Assembly (NCBI GenBank): GCA_048128005.1
Contig: JBEUKZ010000064.1
Location: 248,001 to 312,000 of the forward strand
DNA length: 64,000 nucleotides
Direction of reading: 5' to 3'
Origin: Veleropilina oligotropha
Lineage: Eukaryota
In this document: one piece after another, positions 1 to 11,511 of the stretch
Layout: each line of letters starts with the position of its first letter
Position numbering within the stretch: position 1 is the stretch's first letter
Notes under the pieces: model-generated
Told to the model about the DNA's origin: nothing
The model's database searches: none
What the model saw: the letters and a program-made list of their open reading frames with translations, nothing else
Made by a program: the position numbers and the translations under genes

Positions 1-1345
1 CACTGATACACCTGGTTACCATAGCCTCTCTCTCCTGTCATCACTATCTATTCCTCCCTCGTTCCATCTCTCTCTCCCCAATTCTCCCTCTATCGCTGAT
101 ACACCTGGTTACCATAGCCTCTCCCTCCTCTCATCACTATCTACTAATCCCTCATCCCATCTCTCTCTCTCCACTTCTCCCTCTACCGCTCTGATACACC
201 TGGTTACCATAGCCTCTCCCTCCTCTCATCACTATTTACTCCTCCCTCATCCCATCTCATCTCTCTCTCCACTTCTCCCTCTACCGCTGATACACCTGGT
301 TACCACAGCCTCTCTTTCCTGTCATCACTATCTACTTCTCCCTCATCCCATCTCTCTCTCCACCTTTCCCTCTACCGCTGATACACCTGGTTACCATAGC
401 CTCTCTCTCCTGTCATCACTATCTATTCCTCCCTCATCCCATCTCTCTCTCCACTTCTCCCTCTACCACTGATACACCTGGTTACCATAGCCTCTCCCTC
501 CTCTCATCACTATCTACTCCTCCTTCATCCCATCTCTCTCTCCACTTCTCCCCGTACCACTGGTACACCTGGTTACCATAGCCTCTCTCTCCTGTCATCA
601 CTATCTACTCCCTCATCCCATCTCTCTCTCCACTTCTCCCTCTACCACTGATACACCTGGTTACCATAGCCTCTCCCTCCTCTCATCACTATCTACTCCT
701 CCTTCATCCCATCTCTCTCTCCACTTCTCCCTCTACCGCTGATAAACCTGGTTACCATAGCCTCTCTCTCCTGTCATCACTATCTACTCCTCCCTCATCC
801 CATCTCTCTCTCCACTTCTCCCTCTACCGCTGATACACCTGGTTACCATAGCCTCTCTCCTGTCATCACTATCTACTCCTCCCTCATCCCATCTCTCTCT
901 CCACTTCTCCCTCTACCGCTGATACACCTGGTTACCATAGCCTCTCTCCTGCCATCACTATCTACTCCTCCCTTATCCCATCTCTCTCTCCACTTCTCCC
1001 TCTACCGCTGATACACCTGGTTACCATAGCCTCTCTCTCCTGTTATCACTATCTACTCCTCCCTCATCCCATCTCTCTCTCCACTTCTCCCTCTACCGCT
1101 GATACACCTGGTTACCATAGCCTCTCCCTCCTCTCATCACTATTTACTCATCCCTCATCTCATCTCTCTCTCTCTCCACTTATCCCTCTACCGCTGATAC
1201 ACCTGGTTACCATAGCCTCTCCCTCCTCTCATCACTATTTACTCCTCCCTCATCTCATCTCTCTCTCCACTTCTTCCTCTATCGCTGATACACCTGGTTA
1301 CCACAGCCTCTCTCTCCTGTCATCACTATCTACTCATCCCTCATC

Positions 1346-1388
<43 letters not shown>

Positions 1389-1436
1389 CTTATCCCTCTA
1401 CCGCTCTGATACACCTGGTTACCATAGCCTCTCCCT
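1..1436. repeat. Pyrimidine-rich tandem repeat, ~91-bp unit, 16 copies (runs off window start)
   Basis: CTGATACACCTGGTTACCATAGCCTCTC... recurs about every 87-95 bp; a (CT)n expansion lies at ~1349-1387. Confidence 0.95.
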
Positions 1437-2902
1437 GAGCACAAATTAAAGCCACATCATCTCAGTCCCTTAGCTGGCATGTTTACGTTAGAGGACCACA
1501 TTAAAGGAAGCTGAATGTGGCCTCAAATGGGAACCGCATGGGTCGGCTGCTGGCAGGCGGTTCAGCCAGATGATCCGCTGGCTTTTATCACACAGGAATG
1601 GCCAATATGCTGGTAGAAGTGAGCTCTCAGTGAGAATTATGGCCAATATCTAGGAAAAGCGAGAGGCCAGGAGGAACCCCTTGTGATAGAATCTACGGTC
1701 TCCATTTCATCTGAAATACTGACCTCAGTTTACTTTAGGTGACAAATATAGTTTGTAACAGATCTCTTTCACGGCATATCTGATATTGTCATTAGATAAT
1801 GGAGCATTGTGAATCCAGGGTTAAACAGATGGGTTGAGGGACATAAGCACCATGACAAATGTCTTAGATGCATACACTGAGATATGTCTTTCTTCATTGT
1901 GCATCAGAGTTTAGGTTGGGTGACACGTTCCCCTTTTCCCCCTAAATAATGAGGTCTCTGACAAAGAAAAACAGTTTCAGTTCAATGCAGACCGCTTGCA
2001 TTATGCAATAACCTGACATAATGTGCAATGGAGATGGGAAAAGGCAATGAAAAATAACTTGCAATAAAAGGAAACAGCCAGTATAAATTTTATGCATAAA
2101 ATTCCAAAAAAGTAATAGGTATTTTAATCTTCATAAAACACAAGTCAAAATTTCTCAAAAATAAACTCATATTACGCTTTAATATATTGTCTAAATTTTG
2201 TACAATTAATTATGAGAAATACATTAATATACATTATTATTAAACTATTATGTGTATGCATGATCCATCTATATAATAGAAGTTCTTGATACATGAAACG
2301 CACTATAATTCGCCATGTTGCACACAGCAAACACATGCTGTGGTTCGTGAACTCACATTTCCTTTCTTTTAAAAAAATCCCAGCAAAAATCGTTTGGTTG
2401 CTATGACGCCTACTTTTACATTATTTAGAGAATAGACCAATATTGATATGACCACACACGCTACGCCAAATCGGCTGGGACGTTCAGGTTGCGAACACAT
2501 GCGTAAACAATGGGCGCAAAAACCACCATCTCAGATATATTCGCAGTCGATAAATAGTACTTTAAACATTTTATAAATCACAACCAGACAAAAATTATTT
2601 ATGTAACAGAAGCCGCACATGTTTACCCTTGTGCAAATGGCAAATTAATTTGGATATTGGTATTCGAAAGCTAATGCGCACATATAATACGCAATTGAAA
2701 AATATTTTTCAATAAATTAACACATAAAAGCCAAAATGCGCCAATCATGCTTCATAAGTTGAGAATATTCATTGGATCACCATAAGGATTGAAACAGTTA
2801 ACTGAATGCAAAAGTAATATCATATTTAAGCATGTAATTGTGTAAAACATTTCTCAGGCAAAATTCAATAACCATATTATTATGATTGTCAAAAAGTTTA
2901 CT

Positions 2903-4354
2903 TCATCTCCGGTAGTCATGTGGTCTCGAGTTCCGACTCTGACGGTCATGTGGTCTCTAATGATGGTCATGTGGTCTCGAGTTCCGACTGTGATGGTCAT
3001 GTGGTCTCTAGTTCCGACTGTGATGGTCATGTGGTCTCGAGTTCCGACTCTGATGGTCATGTGGTCTCTAATGATGGTCATGTGGTCTCTAGTTCCAACT
3101 CTGATGGTCATGTGGTCTCGAGTTCCGACTCTGATGGTCATGTGGTCTCTAATGATGGTCATGTGGTCTCGAGTTCCGACTGTGATGGTCATGTGGTCTC
3201 TAGTTCCGACTGTGATGGTCATGTGGTCTCTAGTTCCGACTGTGATGGTCATGTGGTCTCTAGTTCCGACTGTGAAGGTCATGTGGTCTCGAGTTCCGAC
3301 TGTGATGGTCATGTGGTCTCTAGTTCCGACTCTGAAGGTCATGTGGTCTCGAGTTCCGACTGTGATGGTCATGTGGTCTCTAGTTCTGACTCTGATGGTC
3401 ATGTGGTCTCTAGTTCCGACTCTGAAGGTCATGTGGTCTCGAGTTCCAACTGTGATGGTCATGTGGTCTCAAGTTGAGTTCCGACTCTGATGGTCATGTC
3501 GTCTCTAGTTCCGACTCTGATGGTCATGTGGTCTCGAGATCCAACTGTGATGGTCATGTGGTCTCTAGTTCCGACTCTGATGGTCATGTGGTCTCGAGTT
3601 CCGACTGTGATGGTCATGTGGTCTCTAGTTCCGACTGTGATGGTCATGTGGTCTCGAGTTCCGTCTCTGATGGTCATGTGGTCTCTAGTTCCGACTCTGA
3701 TGGTCATGTGGTCTCTAGTTCCGACTCTGATTGTCATGCGGTCTCTAGTTCCGACTCTGATGGTCATGTGGTCTCGAGTTCCGACTCTGTTGGTCATGAC
3801 TGTGGTCTTGAGTTCCGACTCTGATGGTCATGTGGTCTCGAGTTCCGACTCTGTTGATCATGACTGTGGTCTCAAGTTCCGACTGTGATGGTCATATGGT
3901 CTCGAGTTCCGACTCTGTTGGTCATGACTGTGGTCTCGAGTTCCGACTCTGATGGTCATGTGGTCTCGAGTTCCGACTCTGTTGGTCATGACTGTGGTCT
4001 CGAGTTCCGAATGTGATGGTCATGTGGTCTCGAGTTCCGACTCTGATGGTCATGACTGTGGTCATGACTGTGGTCTCGAGTTCCGACTCTGATGGTCATG
4101 TGGTCTCGAGTTCCGACTCTGTTGGTCATGTGGTCTCGAGTTCCGACTCTGAATTCACTGACTCGATTGCACAAACTAACAAGAGTGGATTGAATCTCAG
4201 TTTCAGAAATGTCATTCTCTGTTCAGTTATCAATGGCAGGTGTCCATAACAGCCTGGAGAGGGCGGGTTTTCCCGGGTGACCGGGCTTTCCTCCTGCGAG
4301 AATATAGACATATCCTGCCTCGAGCCAAAAGGCTGTAAAAAAATACAGGACATT
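2903..4354 (+). mobile_element. GGCCGC-family SINE copy whose head is expanded into a 30-bp minisatellite
   Basis: After the array the sequence continues collinearly with the intact SINE copies: ATTCACTGACTCGATT...GGATTGAATC...GTTCAGTTATCAAT...GGGCGGGTTTTCCCGGGTGACCGGGCTTTCCTCC...ATACAGGACATT. Confidence 0.85.
2912..4152. repeat. Minisatellite, 30-bp unit TGATGGTCATGTGGTCTCGAGTTCCGACTC, ~40 copies with 21-bp and 34-bp variants
   Basis: Direct reading; it explains the repetitive ORFs at 2854-4249. Confidence 0.97.
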
Positions 4355-5632
4355 GCGACATAGCTCAAAACAAACTGAGAACGGAAATGACGTAATCTTA
4401 GTGGGTATATCTATTTCCACTATGTAGAATGCATTTAGTGCAATTGTAGATTTGTAGAATTGTAGAAAATTTTCAAAGTTGCAAGCTTTAATGATTTGCG
4501 CAAACGTAATATTAAGAAATTCAAATAAATATCAACACTATATATAAGTACCATACAATTACAATACTGTAAAAAAAACTAACCAAATGACATATAATAT
4601 ACATAGGTTGCTTTAGTCGATAAGTCATGTTTTCCTATAACAAGCATACTCAGTGCCGGATCACTGACGCTTATTATCTTCGTTAAAAGCAATTTTGCAT
4701 CTCCCGATTTTGTGGATAATTCCGATGCCATTTACAGAGTCAACGATCCATGGGCGCTCAGCCGATGGAATTTGGTCAATATTTGAGTCCAGAGAGCACA
4801 AGCTCTAAGTGGAAATGCAGCACGCTTCCCAATTATTCTGTATTGTCCGCCAACGTCGTTGATCTTTCACATTGATTTCTTTATCTAAATTTGGATAATC
4901 GTGTTTACTGATGGAGTAAGACTCGCTAATATTAAGATGTAGCTCGCACTAAAGGATATAATCATGCAGCGCACTCATTATGCAAATTAAATTGTACAAG
5001 ATCAGCGACTACAAAAGAGGAATCTTAATGCTAAACTATGTTCCGAGTGCATACCGGCGTGCAGTTATCAGCTCGCACGACAGCGGATGATTATCCCAGT
5101 CATTCGGAAGCGATTCATCAGCAGACATGCCAAACCATATTCACAAAAAATATATCCAGGTTCCCAAAGACGACATTGATTCTTCGTTTCATACATGTAC
5201 ATTTTCAAGCGCCTTTGGCAAATTACGTTTAAAGGTCAGTTTTATTCATCCCATGGATGAATATAACCATGTACACATCTTAACCCGTACCAAGCATGAA
5301 TACTTATGTATGTTACGTACCAAGCATGAATACTTATGTATGTTACGTCATGTTCTATGCTTAATTTATTAGCTTAATGTCGAGTTGAGCTTTAGAGAGC
5401 TGGCTGTTTCTGGAGCAGCGTCCGCACCATTTCTTACGAGTGCCGGGCCCATATATTGAAACTGACAGTTGATGAGACGTTATATCGGCAACAAGGCCAG
5501 GGATCTGACAAACATGACATAATATTAAAATTGATAATATGTCCACTTTTATATGCATAATTAAACTATACTATATCCTCGGAATATCCTAATTACAGGT
5601 ATAAGGCCACACAATCTCCAAAACTCAGACAC

Positions 5633-5664
5633 CCCTCTGATGAAGACGTCGAAACCGGTCAGGG
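5633..5664 (+). ncRNA. Minimal type I hammerhead ribozyme motif (Penelope-like element type), probably degenerate
   Basis: CCCT-CTGATGA-AGACGTC-GAAA-CCGG-TC-AGGG: core CUGAUGA, GAAA and GUC triplet present; stem I CCCT/AGGG; palindromic stem III region ACCGGT; stem II GAC/GTC lacks a loop. Confidence 0.6.
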
Positions 5665-6747
5665 ATAAGCCAAATACACTTGGTTCACTTCGATTTATTA
5701 GTTCAGAGGATATTGATTCCTTTATGCCATACTATACCTTAGCATTTACAGCCTATACACATATCTATGTATGCAAATAGTGTCATGCATATCACCTTCA
5801 TGATGCATAATAATGTTATACTGACTGTTACACGCAGTGACATTGTACCATACATGCATATATGTCAGTTTTTCTTTCATCTTCAGTTATCTCCCTTGGA
5901 CTACCTCCGTCAGGAGGCTTGACTTCTAATCTCTGATTGATCGATCATAGCCTCGATACAACAGTCGATGATTACATAATGCAGACTCAATCAATACCCA
6001 TGCAGCGGTCTACTCCATATGAGTTTCATAATAAGGGTGAAGCCCCCATTAATGATTACTATCCGATTACACGCCGCATCATGTCTGTGGCGAGCTGAGA
6101 TGCATCGACATGGTGCACTGCTGTTGACGCATGCAGTGAATATGCATCGCGATGCAGTATAAGGAATAACGATGCAGTATATGGAATAACGATGCAGTTC
6201 ACGACGAATTTACAGGACAGGAGTGCCGATGTGAATGCATTGCTGAAATGTTTTTTAAAAAGTAGCGCAAAGTTCATTCATCCATATGGATCATATAAAA
6301 TCTGTTACTGGATATGCATTCATAAACTAACTTAAATTGCACTCTTAGCAAATATTCACATAACACAGGTGGGACGCAGTGCATTTATTGTTGTCAGAGG
6401 ACCCAGTTTCTTCCAGCATGGAGGAGCAACAGGTGCCATGCCGGTAGCTGAGGATCGCACCCAACCTGACAGTCGTTAATCACAACAATGGACAGCTATT
6501 AATCTGCACAACAATGGAGAAATTAATCCTCTCTCAGCCAATAAACAAATCAATCTCCACAGAGCAGCTGTGTCAGTTCCATGCAGCAGAATTGAAGGTC
6601 AAATATGTATGTATATGTCAATGCATGCAGATGAGACAACAAATGGTAGATATTGAAGACTATTATGTCAGAAATACTAAATCTTGCGATAAGCTCAATG
6701 GTGGGCAATATGAAATTCTATCGAGATGGACATATGATCGTGCATGC

Positions 6748-6950
6748 ACATACCTGAGGGGTGTGATGCATGTACCTGAGGGGTGTGATGCATGTACCTG
6801 AGGGGTGTGAAGCATGTACCTGGGGGTGTGAAGCATGTACCTGGGGTGTGTGATGCATGTACCTCGGGGGGGGGTGATGCATGTACCTGAGGGGTGTGAA
6901 GCATGTATCTGAGGGGTGTGATGCATGTACCTGGGGTGTGTGATGCATGT
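6748..6950. repeat. 22-bp minisatellite CATGTACCTGAGGGGTGTGATG, ~9 copies
   Basis: Direct reading. Confidence 0.92.
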
Positions 6951-7771
6951 GTCCAGCTATGTTATCTGTGACATTATTCGTGTCCAGAAATGTTATCGGT
7001 TTCTACTCTTCAAGCAGGGCACCTAGAGTTTATCAGTCACCAGCCTGTCAATGGTCTGGATAAGCATGATAAATGACCGACTGGACACTGAGTGGCCATT
7101 GTCCTGAAGACCGGCGAGGCCATTAACAGGACAGGAAACACAATAGGGCCAACTCTACGCTGTTACCTGAATATTGATATAGTTCAATGCCTTGCAACTT
7201 CATAAGAATGGGTTTCTATATATCCACAATGCTGGTAAATAAAGCTGATAATACCTTACAGAGTGACAATGATAATACTTGTTCACTGACTGAAGGCAGG
7301 ATATATTGTGCTTCCAGACAATGTGATATTCGATATAAACAATATGTCATATACATCGCAACAGAAAATGTATTATATTATTCAAAATATTCTATTGTAC
7401 ATGTATTAAAAAGCCTAATTTTTCAGTGAATTTTCATACAGAACACAAAATGCTAAATGTCTTGACCCATGGTTTAACTAACAATATTGTTAGGGGACCT
7501 ATTTTCATATAATAATAATGAGTTAATTATTTATTATAAACACAAATTTTAAATAGTTTACATTTTTCAATAGTTTAAATCGGTTACATCACTTAGATTT
7601 TGTTGTTTAATCAGAGAAGTTTCTAATCGGAGAAGCCTGGTGGTATAAATTATTGAATGCATTTTTATAATTCGATTTTGGCTGAAAAAATGTATACATG
7701 GTCGGCCAACATTAATCATCCATCCCAGAGTCTAGCAAAATGCTCTTCAGCACATGATCCGATCAAGTTAC

Positions 7772-10700
7772 TAGTCGGCTGAAAATATGAATTAACCTAA
7801 CAAAATTGCAACAAAAGGTTTTTCAAAAGGTTTTAGGTAGTATCAGGTGTCCTTTCTAAAGTACAAAAGTCTTACCAAATTCTGACCTCTGGAAAGGTCA
7901 TATTTTCAAGATGGCGTCCAAGATGGCCGCCAAATCCCTAAAATGCTCATTGCTTCTATATTATTCATCTTAGAAAAGTAATTTTGATGCCTAACCCCAC
8001 ATTTTGGGGTCTAGGAATGCAATTAGCATATTAAAATTTTAGTGGAATGATTACAAGCTTGTGAAATCCAAGATGACGGTCCAATATGGCCGCCAAATCT
8101 TTAAAATGCCCATTACTTCTTTATTATTCAACCTAAATAAATAATTTTTGTGCCTAACCAAATGTTTTATGGGTCTAGGAATCCAACTAGTGAAACCTCA
8201 ACCCAGCAAGTCGAGGGGATGTATCCCCTCCCACGGTAGCATAAACCAATAGGCGGCCATCTTGGATCCGAAAACGACGAAAATCGTTAGGTGGCGTGTC
8301 CTCATCATAACTGATGTGCATACCAAATTTGAATCAAATCAGATTAGAATCTTTCACTGTAGAGCGCACATAAGAAATCTCTGCGGCGGCGGACGCGGCT
8401 GAACGATGACTAAACCATACTATCCCCGAAATGTTAAATTTCGGGGATACAATTAACATATTTAAATTATATGGAAGTGTTTACATAATTGTGGAATCCA
8501 AGATGGCGATCCAATATGGCCACCAAACCCTTAAAACGCCCATTACTCATTTATTGTGAAATCCAAGATTGCGGTCCATTATGTGGCCGCCAAATCCTTA
8601 AAATGCTGATTACTTCTTTATCTTCACCCTAGAAAAGTGATTTTAGTGCCTAACCACATGATTTGGTGGCTTAGGAATCCAATTAGCATCTTTAAATTAT
8701 AGTAGTGATTCTATAAAAGTAAAGTCCAAGATGGTGGTTCAATATTGCCACCAAATCATTCAAAGGTCAATTATTCCTTTATTATCCATCCTAGAAAAGT
8801 AATTTTGGTGCCTAATCCCATGTTTTAAGAGTCTAGAAATCCAATTAGCATCTTTAAATTATAGTGAAGTAATTCCATAATTGTGAAATCCAAGATGGCT
8901 GTCAAATCCGTAAAATGCCCATTACTTCTTTATTATTCATCCTAGAAAAGTGATTTTCATGCAGATCCCATGTTTTAGTGGTCTAGGAATCCAATTATCA
9001 TATTTAACTTAGAACGAAGTAACTACATAATTTTGAAATCCAAGATGGCGGTCCAATGTGGACACCAAATCCTTAAAATGCCCAATTATTTTTCTATTGT
9101 GAAATCCAAGATGGCGGTCCATTGTGACCACAAAATCGTGAAGATGCCCAATTACTTCTCTATTGTGAAATCGAAGCTGACAATCCAATGTGGCCGTCAA
9201 ATCCTTAAAATGCCCATTACTTCTTTATTGTGAAATCCAAGATAGCATACAATGTGGACGCCAAATCCTTTAAAATCCTATTACTCCTTTATTATTCATC
9301 CTAGAAAAGTAATTTTGATGCCTAACCCCATATTTTGGGGGGTCTAGGAATCCAATTATCATCTTTAAATTTTAGCTAAGAGATTAAGCACTTGTGAAAT
9401 CCAAGATGGTGGTCCAATATGGACGCCAAATCCTTAAAATGCCCATTACTTCTTTATTATTCATCCTAAATAAGTATTTTTGGTGCCTAGCCAACGTTTT
9501 AGGGGTCTAGGAATCCAATTAACATATTTAAATTATAGTGAAGTGATTACATAATTGTGAAATCCAAGATGGTGGTCCAATATTTCCGCCAAATCTTTAA
9601 AACGCCCATTAATCCTTTAATGCGAAATCCCAGATGGTGGTCCAACGTGGCCCCAAATCCTTCAAATGCCCATTACTTCTTTATTATTCATTCTAGAAAG
9701 TGATTTAAGTGCCTAATCACATGATTTAGTGATTTAGAAATCCAATTACCATCTTTAAATTATAGTCGTGATTCTATAATTGTGAAATCCAAGACGGCGA
9801 TTCAATATTATGGCCGCAAATCCTTTATTATTCTTTGTAGAAAAGTAATTTTGTGGCCTAATCCCATGTTTTAAGTGTATAGGAATCCATTTAGCATATT
9901 TAAATTATAGTGAAGTGATTCCATAATTGTGAAATCCAAGATGGCTGTCAAATATGGCCGCCAAATCCTTAAAATGCCCATTACTTCGTTATTATTCATA
10001 CTAGAAAAATGATTTTAGTTCACATCCCCATGTTTTAGTGGTCTAGGAATCCAATTAGCCTATTCATCTTAGAACGAAGTAACTACATAATTGTGAAATC
10101 CAAGATGGCGATCCAATGTGGTCACCAAATCCATAAAATGCCCAATTACTTCTCTATTATGAAATCCAAGATGGCGGTCCATTGTGGCTGCCAAATCCTT
10201 AAAATGCCAATTACTTCTTTATTGTGAAATCCAAGATGGCGTTCCAATGTGGACGCCAAATCCGTAAAAATTCTATTACCTCTATTGTGAAATCCAGGAT
10301 GACTGTCCAATATGGTCGCCAAATCCTTAAAATGGCCAGAACTTCTTAATTATTATTCATCACAGAAAAGTGATTTTTGTGCAAAACCCCATGGTTTTGG
10401 GGGGTCTTGGAATCCAAATAGTATTCTTAAATTATAGCCAAGTTATTTCATAATTGTGAAAATGACCATTTATCCTTTATTGTGAAATCAAAGATGGCGG
10501 TCCAATCTAGTCGCCAAATCCTTAAAATGCCCATTACTCCTTTAGTATCCATCCTATAAAAGTAGTTTTGGTGACTGACCGCATGTTTTAGGGGTGTAGC
10601 AATTATAGTGAAGAGATTACCTAATTGTGTATTTAAAAACAATCTTGGATTTCACAATTATGGAATCACTTCACTAAAATTTAAATATGCTAATTGGATT

Positions 10701-11511
10701 CCTAAACCCATAAAACATTGGGTTAGGCACCAAAATTACTTTTCTAGGATAGATAATAAAGGAGTAATGGGCGTTTTAAGGATTTGGCGGACATATTGGA
10801 TCGCCATCTTGGATTTTACAATTATGGAATCACTTCCCTATAATTTAAAGATGCTAATTGGATTCCTAGACCAACAAAACTTGTCGTTGGGCACTAAAAT
10901 CACTTTTCTAGGATGAATAATAAAGAAGTAATGAGCATTTTAAGGATTTGGCGGCCACATTGGACTGCAATCTTGGATTTCACAATAAAGGAGTAATGGA
11001 CGTTTTAAGGATTTGGCGGCCATATTGGATCGCCATCTTGGATTCCACAATTATGTAAACACTTCCCTATAATTTAAATATGTTAATTGGATTCCTAGAC
11101 CCATAAAACATTTGGTTAGGCACAAAAATTACTTATTTAAGATGAATATAATAAAGTAATGGGTATTTTAAGGATTTGGCGGCCATATTGGACCGCCATC
11201 TTGGATTTCACAAGCTGGTAATCATTCCACTAAAATTTAAATATGCTAATTGCATTCCTAGACCCCCAAAATGTGGGGTTAGGCACCAAAATTACTTTTC
11301 TAGGATGAATAATAAAGGAGTAATGGGCATTTTAGGGATTTGGCGGCCATCTTGGACGCAATCTTGAAAATTTGACCTTTCCAGAGGTCAGATTTTGGTA
11401 GACTTTTTGTATGTTAATACGGACACCTAATAATACGTAAAACCGTTGAAAAACCATTTGTTGCAATTTTTTTAGGGTAAGGCAGATTTTATCCATATCT
11501 TCAGCCGACTA
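7772..11511. mobile_element. Non-autonomous foldback DNA transposon, Academ-like
   Basis: Termini TAGTCGGCTGAA...TTCAGCCGACTA; 3-bp TSD TAC (7769-7771, 11512-11514); long inverted arms built of repeats containing AAATCCAAGATGGC (+ orientation to ~10640, reversed after). TAG..CTA termini with a 3-4 bp TSD are described for Academ. Confidence 0.8.
8185..8450 (-). mobile_element. Short DINE-1/HINE-like element nested in the foldback element
   Basis: AACTAG end with an imperfect hairpin and subTIR GTATCCCC; the other end has TATCCCCGAAAT-GTTAA-ATTTCGGGGATAC and GC-rich microsatellite-like sequence; it interrupts the host motif GGAATCCAA|TTAACATA. Confidence 0.75.

Noticed and set aside
2264..2850. 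ATCTATATAAT Helitron-like 5' starts (also ~11607 and ~63872)
   Set aside because: No matching hairpin-CTRR 3' end or second copy could be identified in the window.
2854..4249. Repetitive ORFs (e.g. SSSDCDGHVV repeats) resembling low-complexity or biomineral proteins
   Set aside because: They are translations of the SINE-derived 30-bp repeat, open on both strands and broken by non-triplet variants.
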